From assembly GCA_000002445.1 (NCBI GenBank), contig AL929603.2:992001-1056000 (forward strand): a DNA stretch of 64,000 bases. The letters are read 5' to 3'. How positions within the stretch are numbered: the stretch's first letter is position 1; each line of letters opens with the position of its first letter. The notes beneath the pieces were generated by a model, which was given only the letters and a program-made list of their open reading frames with translations, was not told the origin of the DNA and made no database searches. The stretch is from Trypanosoma brucei. Lineage: Eukaryota. Below are positions 21,265-32,800 of this stretch, one piece after another. The position numbers and the translations under genes were made by a program.

Positions 21265-22302
21265 ATGTGGAAGAAATCAGTGGAATTAATTGTGGGCGTG
21301 ACTTTAGTAATGACATATGTGTCTAGCGCGGAGCAGGTTATACTTAATACGAAGGAGTTCCAAACGTTGTGCGGATTTGTTAGGTTGACAGAACAAATAA
21401 ATGAGCTACTGGAGCGAATGAAGGGAAAGCCTGGAGTAGATGTGTTACCTCTACAAAAAAAAGTCAAAGACATATTGTTTGGAACGCGAATTGGAGATGT
21501 GGGAAAAATGAATTGGGGATATTATAGAGAACTGGATTGTGGCCAAGATAGTGGAAACCATCAAACTAAAGGGGGAGAAGCTCTCATGAAAGATCTTGTT
21601 TGCTTGTGCGAAGGAACGGACCAGCAATCGCCACCCGGGGGACTTTGTTATGAGGGAAACACCAAAAAAAATAGCCGCGGCGGATGGAATAATGCAGGAG
21701 CCCACAGAAACACATGGACCAGTTTGAAAAGTGAATGTACAAGGGAACATGGAGAAGGTCTGTTAGCCGAGAGTGAATTTCAAGAGATGAAAAAGCAACT
21801 CAAAGAGCGGCTAAAGGAGCGTAAAGATATTCGTACAAGCGCACGTGAAGGCACGTTTTATACTTATGGGGGTAACACAAGCAATGGATTGCAGACGTGC
21901 AGTGGGGCAAAATCAGACAACGACGGCATTTGTGTAATGTATCCAAAGGAATCTGATGGGGACAACACGAGTGGTATTGAATGGCTTAATGAGCTTGAAG
22001 GTCTGGTGAAAGAAGTTGAGAAAATGAACAAGGATGAAAGTGCAGGTGGAAACACAAAACCAAGTACGGACGGGCAACCAAGCATGGAAAAAAAGCCAAA
22101 GTCAAATACAAAGCCAAGCACAGGGGAGAACTCACCAGCTAAGGGGTTAGAAGGATCACAAAAAGATGGAAACCCAAATGCGCAAACAACTACCAGTACT
22201 GAGAAAGATGCCACTACGGCAAGACCACCAGAAGAACAAAAGAGTTCGTCCAAAATTATTTTACAATTTCTATGGATATTTTTATTTTGGTTGTTTGTAT
22301 AA
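21265..22302 (+). CDS. VSG-fold (ESAG2-superfamily-like) GPI-type surface protein with a Pro/Ser/Thr-rich C-terminal region
   Basis: 345 aa with a signal peptide (MWKKSVELIVGVTLVMTYVSSA), the motif KEFQTLCGFVRLT (compare EFETLC in the ESAG2-like gene and AETLC in the ESAG11-like gene, VSG N-domain-like), a KPST-type low-complexity stretch and a hydrophobic C-terminus (ILQFLWIFLFWLFV). Paralogue at 35246. Confidence 0.5.
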   Translation: MWKKSVELIVGVTLVMTYVSSAEQVILNTKEFQTLCGFVRLTEQINELLERMKGKPGVDVLPLQKKVKDILFGTRIGDVGKMNWGYYRELDCGQDSGNHQTKGGEALMKDLVCLCEGTDQQSPPGGLCYEGNTKKNSRGGWNNAGAHRNTWTSLKSECTREHGEGLLAESEFQEMKKQLKERLKERKDIRTSAREGTFYTYGGNTSNGLQTCSGAKSDNDGICVMYPKESDGDNTSGIEWLNELEGLVKEVEKMNKDESAGGNTKPSTDGQPSMEKKPKSNTKPSTGENSPAKGLEGSQKDGNPNAQTTTSTEKDATTARPPEEQKSSSKIILQFLWIFLFWLFV

Positions 22303-23394
22303 ATTGGCTCACAATCCACCATCACGTTTTTTTTTGGAAAATTCATGTCGGTAGAGGAAGTAAAAAGTAGCTACCGTTGCAGGGACCAGGAGACAGGGTG
22401 GAGGGAATGGAGGAATAATTTTTCTTTTTTACGCCCATTTAAAAAGTTTCTCAAACTGGATAATTTCAATGCTCAATAAAGAAAATAATCCGTTCACACT
22501 TATTAGTAACAACAAAATTTGGGAAGAGTAAAAGCAACAGGGAGTGAAACGTAAACAAATAGGGAATAAGCTTTATGACTTTTGAGGTTAAGCGAATACA
22601 GATTTTAATATCGTTGTTGTGGAATTATGGAATCTGGAAAGACAAAATATATTAAAAGAACCGCGTTACATGTACACAGGAAGTGAATCTTACGAGGCTT
22701 GCAATTGGGCCCATTCAAACATAAGAAACAGAAACAGTGTGACCTCTCTTTGGAAGCTTAGTTGCAGCATTTAAGAATGGAGAGCAAATAGATAGTTATG
22801 TATACAGGAAACCACTGAAACTACGGTCAAGCCCAAGCGTGTTGGTGTGGCGATGAAACCGCCTGCAAGTGGTGAAGGAAGCGCGAACAAAAGGATTCAC
22901 GAACTTCGATCAAGTCTCAATTTAAAAAAAAATTGAAAGAACTAGATGTGTGTTTTTTCATTTAATTGGTAGGAGAGTGAAGCCACCAAAAGACATATTA
23001 TCTAAGTTGATTTTTATTTGTGTAACCCTGGAGTTCGAGGTATATGGAAAGTTGGGAATCGCGCGAGGAAGCTGAGGAGCATTCAAGGGAACTATGGGTA
23101 GAAGAGAGACTTGAATACACTGACGTGCGTAAATAATGCCTAACGAAAATGAGGTGAGCGTGTACTGAAAGCTATGGAAGGGGTACTCGTGGCGTTTGAG
23201 AGGCTTCTTCATGGCATGGAATAACTGGAATGACATGTGATAAATTAATTTACATGTGTTTACTCCGATACCAAAATAAAATTATAATTGATTACCATAT
23301 AGCATGAATAGACAAATGCATGTACATTGGTCTACTTTTTGTTTATTTTTAGTGTTTTGTACCATTTGTTTGGCTCAACCCCCGGAGGAAGGAA

Positions 23395-24174
23395 ATGCTC
23401 GGGCTTACAACAATCTTATTTTCGACACTAATAGTGATTGCATCAAGCGGTGAATCGAAAGCTTCAGTGGGCACTTCGGTCGCCGAGCAGAGATGCGATG
23501 GATACTGGGACTCCTCCAGTGGGGGCGGACGGTGCCGGCCTTGGAGTACGGGAGCAGTCGATCCAAAGACTGTAAGCACGCGGCAGACTCCAGTTTCCCC
23601 AGTTCTTAAAAGCCAGAAACCAGATGTGACCGGTGACGATGCCCAAGTACACAAAATGCAGGAGGGTGCTGCATCGAGTCCAATCGTAGAGAGTGGAGCT
23701 AGTCAATCGGCTCCTGGTACTGAGGAAACCTCTAACAAAGTGACCGTGCAACTAAGTGGTGTTGCAATTGGTGGCAGGAGTGACAAGATTGAACAGCCAT
23801 CTCTCAGCTCCCGAATCTCCGAGCCGGCGGCAAACGCGGCGACTGACTACAGCGAACAGAAAGTGGGTCAAGAAGGGCAGAGATTAGGAACTGCAGAGGG
23901 ACTAGAAGGCGCGAAATACAACGGCAGAGATGGTGGGAAAGAGGGGAAAAAGGTTTCAGAGGAGCAAACACCAGGGCCTGATAGCCGGCACGCCTTGCAG
24001 ATGTCGATGCGGGGCGCAGCTTCGCCGCGAGGGCATAGCCATATGGCGGGAGTCACGACAGATGATTTGGATGCGCAGGACCCAGCACAAAACAGTGCCC
24101 ATGAGAGGAGAAGCGCGGCGCAAAAAAGATGTGCAGTAGTGGTCGCCGCAGCGTTCAGCTTCATATGCCTTTGA
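23395..24174 (+). CDS. Small secreted, GPI-signal-bearing, Gly/Ser-rich surface protein of unassigned family (paralogue at 43260)
   Basis: 259 aa with a signal peptide (MLGLTTILFSTLIVIASSG), the motif CDGYWDSS and a C-terminal hydrophobic tail (CAVVVAAAFSFICL). The 5' flank (cccccggaggaaggaaATG) and several hundred bp of both flanks are conserved with the 43260 copy. Confidence 0.45.
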   Translation: MLGLTTILFSTLIVIASSGESKASVGTSVAEQRCDGYWDSSSGGGRCRPWSTGAVDPKTVSTRQTPVSPVLKSQKPDVTGDDAQVHKMQEGAASSPIVESGASQSAPGTEETSNKVTVQLSGVAIGGRSDKIEQPSLSSRISEPAANAATDYSEQKVGQEGQRLGTAEGLEGAKYNGRDGGKEGKKVSEEQTPGPDSRHALQMSMRGAASPRGHSHMAGVTTDDLDAQDPAQNSAHERRSAAQKRCAVVVAAAFSFICL

Positions 24175-24652
24175 AACCCGTTGCTACAAGTCCGTGCATA
24201 AGTGTGCAAATGCCCAGTAAGGCGGGCGATGCGTGACACAGGGGCTGGACGGAGAGTCAGTAACTAAATCACAGCTTCGTTTACGAGAGAAACACGTGTG
24301 AAGCGTGATAACGACATAATTTTTGAAAGGACAGTGTGACAACAGGCGTGAATAACCCTAATGTAATCATGAGTAACGTGCAAGAGTGGAGTGAATGTCC
24401 TGAAAGGGAGGGAACCAAGTTAAAGTTCGTAATCTCATACAGCGAAAATGACACAATCGCAAGGGAATAAGCAGTAGACGGGTTCGATTAAACTAATCGG
24501 GTAAAACTCAGGTTCAATACTATTGGGAAGTTTGTGGTTGATGAACTTTTCAAAAGTGTAATGGACGTTGCTGCATATCAAAAGTTAACCTTATTGCGAG
24601 GATGCTGATGGCAGTCGTGAGGGCAAGCTGGATGAAATCGTAAATTTTAATT

Positions 24653-24862
24653 GTGGGGAATTTAGAGACCACCTTGTTAATCATATTTGATCCCCTCATC
24701 GCACCTTTTGCTGCTGGACAACCGCCTTCAGTACTTGCTGAAATGATGTCCAATATCACTTCACTTTACTTTCGTTTCAACGAAGTCCACAGGAGTTTCA
24801 CTTCGCTGCTGTTCGACACGGGTAGCATTGATAATGTGAAAAGCACTAATTCTACCATCTGA
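24653..24862 (+). pseudogene. ESAG1-like C-terminal fragment (truncated pseudogene)
   Basis: Encodes ...DPLIAPFAAGQPPSVLAEMMSNITSLYFRFNEVHRSFTSLL..., matching only the last 60 or so residues of the ESAG1-like genes. No N-terminal portion lies upstream. Confidence 0.55.
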
Positions 24863-26091
24863 CAGATACTTTCAGATATTTTCCCTCGTTCCATAATAAA
24901 AATAACTTTACGCGTGCGTGCTCTCATCCTTTTCAACTGATAATTTCTTTATCTGGAGTGTCCCTATCTTGGTTATCTTAATTGTGAGTGGTAGTGACTG
25001 TGGTTGTCGCTCCACCATTTGTGTTGTAGGGTAGTGGGGTGTGTTAATTCTTTCTGCATGTGAAGTGAGGAAGAAATGTTTGGTTTTATGCCCACAAGAG
25101 TAGTTTTGTTGCCATTTATTTTTTGGTTATGCAAAGAACCTGTGTGCAGTGAAGATAAATGAGAATTCATTGAAAGGATGAGCGGTTACGTATGTAACAT
25201 CCGTTTTTTTCTACCAGCGTATCTCTAAGGATGGTGACTGGTGGGTGTGGCAAATGATCTAAATGGAGGTAAAAACAGGGAGGGTCACTCGTTATTTTGG
25301 AACTGTTCTATTTTTTGGTGTGTTGGTGGCTAACATAATATCCCATCATGTTACCATATAATCAGGGTCTTCAGTAATGAGCATAATTGTTTGAGACGGT
25401 GTTTTGAGAATGCAACTTTTATCTTTTCTAGTGTATGGCTTAAGAAAATGGATGGCAAGCGGTTGTGCATGTTCACAAAGAGAGGAGCAAAGGCTGTTGT
25501 CAATACCTGTATGAAAGGAGGAGGATGTGCTAAATGAAGCTCAGTAGCAAAGTTGTGTGCATTGGATAAGGGTAAGACATACATGCAAATTAAGCGCGTA
25601 ATCTATTAGAGAGTAAAGGCATAAAGTAACAACTGAAAGTAATGGGGTCAGAGGAGGGTATGGAAAAACATAGCATGAATGTGCAAGTACTCATTATGGT
25701 AGTGGAAGTGTTCATCTGAAGAGTAGATGAGCTCATTGAGAAACTCAAGAAAGCGGTAGCACAACTAAGTTGGGAAAGTGTAATTACCTGGCATGGAGAG
25801 TAAGGAAGTGAATATGTTGGATGAAGAAATTAGGAGAAATGGTGTAACGAAAAGGAGAATACCGCAGTTGTGAGGAAGTCTAACGTTGATATCCAGCTTC
25901 AGGCAAGGGAACTCATGTAACTGCGTGTTTCCGACGTGTGTTACGTTGTGTTGGGTGCTGCTGTAATTGGTTTGTGTCAGGCACTTTCAAGATCCGATAT
26001 TTGCTTGTATATGTCTGTTGAGTGTGTCTGCCAATATCAGTAATGACTGTAATGATAAGTTTGTGATTCTCTCTTTTTGACTAATTGATGT

Positions 26092-27468
26092 ATGAACAGG
26101 ATCACGATGAGGTATGAAATAGTGTTTACTGTTGGGCTGTTTGCGACTGTTTTATCTCCTTCCTTTCAGGGCGATATGGTTGGGTACAAGTGGGCCACAG
26201 AATCTATAAACTGGAGTGCGATTACCAGGCTCGTCGGCGTCAACGACAAGTACCACAACGCTGGTGAGTTCGAGACACTGTGCAGGATTTACAGAATTAC
26301 GCAGGCTGAAGCTCCACAACCTTCCTTTGAGAATCGCGAAAAGGAAGGAGAGATTATGAATAAGTTGGAGGAAATGGTCAAACAGACGGCGGGCGCTGGT
26401 GTTAATAACAGTTCAAGCAAGTCAGGTAGCAGCACAACAGCATATCAGGAGATAAGGAAACTACTTGAAAAAGCGAAAAAACTGAAGGAAGAAATTGAGG
26501 CGAATAGGACAAAAGCCTTATACGCAAGTCGTTCTGCTGAAGATAATATGCTGAGAGCTGTGTATGGCGACGCTGTGGATGTTGCAAGAAATGAGAATAA
26601 AACTCTAGAGCAAGCCATGAGGGGAAACAAATCACTGCTGTTCAATAATGTCGAAAATGCGGGCACGAGCTGCGGTTCTTATGGAGACAAGCTAGTTGGA
26701 AAGACACTAATTAATGACTTTTTCTGCCTATGTGTGGGAGAGGCTAAGAAAGTACAAATCAAGAAAAGTGTAGCAAAAGATGAATATGACCCAACCTATG
26801 ACGGTGTTTATAATGGGTTTAATTGTCCCTGCAAGGATGAGATGAGGAGACCGAGAAGTGGTAGTTGGACCATGATGGCTGAATTTTGTGTAAGTGGGGA
26901 GGATAATTGTAACCCTGAAAACATAAAATACAACTATACTGAGGCATGGGATGTGATCAGCAAAGCTTGTGTATACAAGAATATTGCATCGAATGTGAAA
27001 ACCTTAAAGAGTGCACTAGCTCACTTTGATTCACTAGTAAATTTGGAACAGGATAAATATCAGGTGAGGGGTATTCTTGGGTATGCAAATGCTGAAGAAA
27101 ACACTGATCACATATGTACGGGTCATACTGCTGGATTCACATGTGTTAGTTACAATCACACACTTGAAAATGGTGGGATTCCATGGTACAATCGTCTTAC
27201 TAACGCTACTGAGCAACTGCAAGAAATGGATAAATATGCCAAGGAGGCTGACAGTCATCTTCATGAGTTGGAAGAATACCAACATGAGGCAGAGGAAATA
27301 TTTCTTGAGGTGAAGCTAGGAGGTGATGCGGAGCTATGGAAAAGTAGCCAAGGTAAGGGTGATGGTGAGGGTGATAATACAGTGGTAGATAATGATGGAC
27401 TTACTCATTTGAATATTGCAACTGGGGGTTTTACATTATTAGTTTTATCTCTTATTTGTACGCTTTAG
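26092..27468 (+). CDS. ESAG2-like GPI-anchored surface glycoprotein (copy 2). The homologous start is probably the ATG at 26107 (MRYEIVF...).
   Basis: 458 aa, near-identical to 4..1368 over most of its length including the C-terminal GPI signal. It carries discrete divergent patches (about 26167..26273 and 26734..26820). Confidence 0.6.
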   Translation: MNRITMRYEIVFTVGLFATVLSPSFQGDMVGYKWATESINWSAITRLVGVNDKYHNAGEFETLCRIYRITQAEAPQPSFENREKEGEIMNKLEEMVKQTAGAGVNNSSSKSGSSTTAYQEIRKLLEKAKKLKEEIEANRTKALYASRSAEDNMLRAVYGDAVDVARNENKTLEQAMRGNKSLLFNNVENAGTSCGSYGDKLVGKTLINDFFCLCVGEAKKVQIKKSVAKDEYDPTYDGVYNGFNCPCKDEMRRPRSGSWTMMAEFCVSGEDNCNPENIKYNYTEAWDVISKACVYKNIASNVKTLKSALAHFDSLVNLEQDKYQVRGILGYANAEENTDHICTGHTAGFTCVSYNHTLENGGIPWYNRLTNATEQLQEMDKYAKEADSHLHELEEYQHEAEEIFLEVKLGGDAELWKSSQGKGDGEGDNTVVDNDGLTHLNIATGGFTLLVLSLICTL

Positions 27469-27644
27469 TTTGCTTCTACGTTACCTATTATATTATGTTT
27501 TCTTTTGTTTTTTTCGCTTCTTTGTTGCTGCGTCTATGTGGTATAATATGCTTATGTATGTATGTTCATATGTGTGTTAATTTCTCATGAGATGTGAATG
27601 TTTTAAATTATCCCATATAAACTTGTTTTGTTTCTAGATAAGTA

Positions 27645-28739
27645 ATGAAGGTGGTATCACTTTTTCTTGCAGCGTGTCTGGTAATATTGGGTGCTGCCAG
27701 TAAGGCAGTGACGGAGCAGCCTTCCGGTAAGGCCATGACACTCAAGGGAGCTGAAACATTATGCAATCTCAGTCATGCCTTGAGGGTTGTGGGTGCTAAG
27801 ACTCAGGACAAACAAAAGAATGCGACAGAAATGGTGGATAAGTTTCGGGAGTGGAGACATCAGCATGGTGTAAAGGGGAGGACATGGAAGGCAATAGTGC
27901 AGGGTTTGGAGAAGATAGGTGTTGTTAATGAAAGTTACATGGAAGGTATAAAGAAAACATATGCGAAAATGGAAAAGATAATGAACAATACAGACAAGGC
28001 TCTGCAGGTAATGGATACTAGTTTTTTAAACATTGTAAGAGTTTCCTATCATGTTGTGAATGCATCACTGTCAATAGGACAAGTATTGAGGGATCTGGTA
28101 GTATTGTTTGAGCAAACAAAGGGAAGTGAAAATAGTTGGTGCTGTTTGGTAAAAACTGCCTCTTCAGGAAATGGATGTGGAAGTGATGGTAAACGCGAGT
28201 TGGCTAGCGCTCCAGAAGAGTGTAATATGTCTGTTACAAAGGATATGTCAGATGATGGTGTGTTGACTACGCTAAATAATTATAAAACCGATCAACCGGT
28301 TGAATTAACGGACAATAACAGCGCTAAGTGCTGGATCATGGGTACGGAAGAGGTTGCAAATGGAGGAGCTGGATCTTTTATAGTGGGAACTACTGGAGGT
28401 TTCGTTACCTATAGCCAAGGTTCTGCCGTTATCATGAAATCTAGTGACATGGTGCTCAAACTCATCAGCAATTACACTTCAATCAGAGACGGGTATGAAA
28501 GTATTACACAACAGTACCGTGATGTAGAGCCAACTCTTACTTCCTTTGCCGAACTTGAAAATAAACTAAAAAAATTGTTAACTCAGAGTCCGATGGTGCG
28601 TAGGTATTTCAAGGAGAATGGAAGGAAACGCAAGGGAACTGTCGGTGACGATGATGTTATAGATGAAGAAGGATTCACAATGAGGAAGCAACATACCCTA
28701 ATGGGTTTAATGGCTTTTGCAGCAGTTTTGGTTATGTGA
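27645..28739 (+). CDS. ESAG11-like GPI-anchored surface protein (copy 2)
   Basis: 364 aa, a paralogue of 1544..2662. It lacks the Gly-Ser repeat expansion present in copy 1. Confidence 0.55.
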   Translation: MKVVSLFLAACLVILGAASKAVTEQPSGKAMTLKGAETLCNLSHALRVVGAKTQDKQKNATEMVDKFREWRHQHGVKGRTWKAIVQGLEKIGVVNESYMEGIKKTYAKMEKIMNNTDKALQVMDTSFLNIVRVSYHVVNASLSIGQVLRDLVVLFEQTKGSENSWCCLVKTASSGNGCGSDGKRELASAPEECNMSVTKDMSDDGVLTTLNNYKTDQPVELTDNNSAKCWIMGTEEVANGGAGSFIVGTTGGFVTYSQGSAVIMKSSDMVLKLISNYTSIRDGYESITQQYRDVEPTLTSFAELENKLKKLLTQSPMVRRYFKENGRKRKGTVGDDDVIDEEGFTMRKQHTLMGLMAFAAVLVM

Positions 28740-28871
28740 TTCAATGTTATATTTTATATGCTACGGTTCTGTTATTGGTATTGTGCGTTTGTGATACCCA
28801 CTGCTTTTTTGTGTAATGGAGGACATGTGTTTTTCCTCTTTTATATCTTTCGCCACATGTGATTGTAGGTA

Positions 28872-29855
28872 ATGAAAGTTACGATAGCGGAATTGGTTGT
28901 TTTGTTATTTTCTGTAATTTGTATTGATGGGAAGGAGGAGAATGGGTGCACGTTGATAACAGATTATCACGGTGACGCACCTTTAAGTGAGTCCGTATGT
29001 TATCTCAGTTGTCTTTCAGATGCATTAAATAAATTATACGCTGATGGAGAGAACAAACTGTTTGTGAATGAGGAAGTGTATGCAAATGCATTTCGTATAT
29101 TGGATGATATGGAAGGAAGAACAGGTGAAAGTGTTAGATATTTGAGTATTATTAGCGGTGTAATGGAAGGGAAACATGATAAATTGAAAAAGCTTATATC
29201 GTATGGAAATGCAATGGGGGACCTTGTAGCTAAGGCAGGTGGATTATTTGCTGAGGTTAATGAAAGTGTGAGGGCAGTGAGGAAAGAAATACCTGGTGCC
29301 CTTATAAAAGTGAATAAATATTATACGGCTATTGCTGTGATCACAAGGACTGTGTGGGATGATGTTGAGGCATTGGAGCGTGACAGTGATCCGAACTGCC
29401 ATGGCGAAAAAATTAAAAATGTTGGTGAGTTCCAAGTTACGTGTGGCGAACATTTCTGCCCACTAAAAGAAGGTGTTAACGAAAGTACTCTTCAGAAATA
29501 TAAGGATGGATGCCTTGAAATAAATGTTCAAGATAAGTCTGGCCAAATAAGTGAATGCCTTAACTTACCAAGGAATAGTTTGTACAAAAATGGCGCAGTA
29601 AAGTATTCAAGTGACGGAACGAATTGGTATGGAAACGGTAATACTTATTTTCAACTCAAACTCCACGTTCATAGTATGCTTTCCCCTCTCACAATTCCCC
29701 TTGGTGCTGGCCAACCACCTTCTGCACCCCTAGACATGATGGCTAGTATTACTTCCCTGTACTCTCGCTTCAACGAGATACACAAAAACTTTACTTCATT
29801 GCTACTTAACACCAATTTTACTGGAATTGTGAATAGTAGTAATTCCGATTTTTAA
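28872..29855 (+). CDS. ESAG1-like membrane glycoprotein (copy 2)
   Basis: 327 aa. The N-terminal 130 or so residues are near-identical to copy 1, while the central and C-terminal regions diverge (mosaic). Confidence 0.6.
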   Translation: MKVTIAELVVLLFSVICIDGKEENGCTLITDYHGDAPLSESVCYLSCLSDALNKLYADGENKLFVNEEVYANAFRILDDMEGRTGESVRYLSIISGVMEGKHDKLKKLISYGNAMGDLVAKAGGLFAEVNESVRAVRKEIPGALIKVNKYYTAIAVITRTVWDDVEALERDSDPNCHGEKIKNVGEFQVTCGEHFCPLKEGVNESTLQKYKDGCLEINVQDKSGQISECLNLPRNSLYKNGAVKYSSDGTNWYGNGNTYFQLKLHVHSMLSPLTIPLGAGQPPSAPLDMMASITSLYSRFNEIHKNFTSLLLNTNFTGIVNSSNSDF

Positions 29856-32800
29856 CAAATGCATGTACGTACATTTCTTTACCTGTTAGCCAACGCGTTT
29901 GCATGCATGTCTGTGTTTCTGTGTGCCCGTGCTCGCTTCCCTCATAAGTTTATCTTGCCTTTCCGTTGCTGCATTTTTATGGGAAAAACTGCACAGTTGC
30001 GCGCTGGCAACGTAATAATATCTTGAACACGGATATTCATGTTTTCGACTACATGAGCAGTAAACATCTTGTCTGTTGCTCACATTCCGGAGGTTGCCTG
30101 ACTTTGTAGAAATGCCAAGCGGCCGCGGTATGTGCCTGTGGTCTCTGACAACGCCGATCACCTTGTTGTGGCGGCAGTGCCTGATACTCCGGCAGAGAGG
30201 AAAACAATATTTAGATTATCACCTGTGATATCGAGATGAAGTTGGTGGTCAATACGTGGTGACCAAAGCAGCCACGGCCAGAACCACTAGGGGTTCTTGA
30301 AGAAGCTATATTCTTTGTGTGCGTGTTCCTGCAGTTGTAAGCGCGCGAGCACGTTTTGTGTTAATTGAATCCTCTCGCTCTGAAGTGGGGGTGCCGGACA
30401 GATCCCAGTCTCCACTCATCACGTAAGCCAGCGGAGCAACGGGAGTTTCCACCACGGAGAATGACCTTCACTTTCGAAAGTGTTTCACAAAGATGTGATA
30501 GCCTTTGAGCGCACCCAAGGGACGCGCCTGAAGGTTGTGAACGTCACACTGTTCACCCTCTACGGTCGCAAGCACACAAGGTTTTGGCCCGTTTCAAAAT
30601 GAAAGGCTTCGAGGTGTCCGCACCCCTTAGGAGCATGATGGTTGTCGTCAAATGTCCAAAACAAATGAAGCCTTAGAAGGTGTAACCGCTACACTGCTGC
30701 GTACAAACGGCAAGGAGCTCGTCCTATCCTCTGCAGCATATTTTCCTGAAGGCTTCAACGCGATTACGGGAAGGCTGAAGCAACTGAGCGAGAATTTAGA
30801 GCCGCTGGTTATCAGTAAACGTTAACACCTACCATGATGTTTGAGAGTTCCATGTTTCAAAGGATCTGTGTGGTGGAATTCGATAGTTAACTAGCGTCTG
30901 TAACGGAGCTTCAGAGTTTCCCATAATGAAGCTCCAGCCCAGTAGAGATTAATTGGAGGCTGATTTCCTTCCGCAGGCATTACCTGAAATAGGGATGGCG
31001 AGGTAAATTAGCAGATGGCGGAGAATAGCTTCATTTACGATCACAGTTGTGTGGCTCTCGATGCTGAAGCAGTGAATGGCATGCAGGGAATATGTACGCC
31101 GCATACTCTTTGGGTCAGTGTATTTGTGGAAGAGTGAAAGCTGGCTGATTATATGTAATGAAAAGCAGGTGTCCTTTAGAAGGACAGAAAGGTGGTGAAG
31201 GGAGTGGATGAACTCAATGGAGCTATGCAGCTCTTTTTCTGGTCTCGTCGAGAACGATCCGTGGCGGCACGGGCACCGCACCACCAAACTGGGCGCCGAA
31301 CCGACAGTATTCGAAAAAGAAAATAAGACGATACTTGGACTTGACGAAGAGTACGGCTTTCACTTATTCAAGAAGGAACCCGCTTAATGAAACAGCTTTA
31401 GGGGCGTGGAGAGAGGACGATCCCGCGCCATCTACCGCGGAAAGAAAAAATTGGGTGCGCCTTAAACCAGCGCTCATACAGGTACCGTCATCCAGCATCG
31501 CTCTCGCGCAACGGGCAATCGCTCACGAACGGCAAGACGGCGGGTGCAAACCTTGGCGGATATTTATGCGAAGACTCTTGTAGTCACCCGGATCTGCATC
31601 CGATGGCAACGAACACTCTATTTGAACCGTTTGCACGCACCAAAATGACACAGGTCCTTTGGGACCTTTGCAGATGCGGGACGGCGGGGAGACGATGAGA
31701 TTCAGTGCGACGATTTGAAGGAGATGGACAGAGTCGGAAGATGGTATTAACAGCAACTCCGAAACCATTTCCTGGAACAGGCAAAACCCTTGAGTAGTGG
31801 AAGCGTGGAATCAACATTTGCTCCTGGAACAAAGCAAGCCGATTGAGGGGATTAAATCATTTTCCGTTGTGACGCTGGATGTCGCTGTGAATAAACTGAG
31901 GGAGAAGATGCTGATCTGGAGGTTTAAGAACCGTGTATAAGGATGGTTGCTGGTACAATAGTTCAATTTTGTTCCACAATAATCTATAACCAGCTTCGCT
32001 TCAAAGGCGATGAATGCGATCAGACTCGTTTGGATAGAGCGACTGCTTCCCCACACTGTTCACGAGGTGCGTGCCAACATTCAACTTAGTGAGCTGTCAC
32101 CGAATTCTTTGCATATGAGCCGTTTAATGTGAATCCGCGCCTGATAAGGTTGGGGGAAAATTTCCTTCCAAGGAAAATTGCGCGCATTGATATCAAGCTG
32201 ACGAAAAAGAATGGGATTGATACATGTGGTGCCGCACGGATTGTTTTTTTCCATTTCCCCCATCATGAAAATATAGGGGTTGGGTAAAGAAAAAAATAAT
32301 ATCCGTATCCTTGGCAGTACGCTGAGTCCAAACGCCGGAATGAAGACATCTTAGAAGCGGGGAAAAATTATGGGGAATTCAGTGGAGACGATCAAAATGA
32401 GTAAGGGTGTGGAACCTTGCAGGAGCGGAAATTGAGGGAACAGCGGGGGAAAATTTTAGGTGAGAGGCACGCGCCATCGAAAACACTGATATTCAATTGG
32501 TATATTTTGCAACGACACATACGGAAGGCAGAGGGAAGATGTGGGAGCAAATTACTACCAACTGAACGTGGAAGCAATGAGAAATACGGTGGGGCTTACC
32601 AAAGAGAGCGTGGTCAACCTTCAGGAGCAACATACAGGACGTGCTTGCGTGGTGTGACAAGGCGGTGAAGGAACGTGAAATATATCCCTGACTTCCGACG
32701 AAACAAGAGGCAGCGATGGATATCACAAAGTTTCAAATAGGAGGCTGAGGAGCATACAATGGCGACATGGCGACATGGCGAAGGTCGACGAGCAATGTAA

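Larger units (their letters stand above)
26085..29880 (+). repeat. Segmental duplication unit A, copy 2 (ESAG2-like / ESAG11-like / ESAG1-like cassette)
   Basis: See the 1..3800 entry. Confidence 0.8.

Noticed and set aside
24481-24500. tRNA-like T-loop strings (ggttcgatt) scanned for tRNA genes near the strand switch and elsewhere.
   Set aside because: No flanking acceptor or anticodon-stem complementarity could be built. No tRNA or snRNA gene is supportable by eye.
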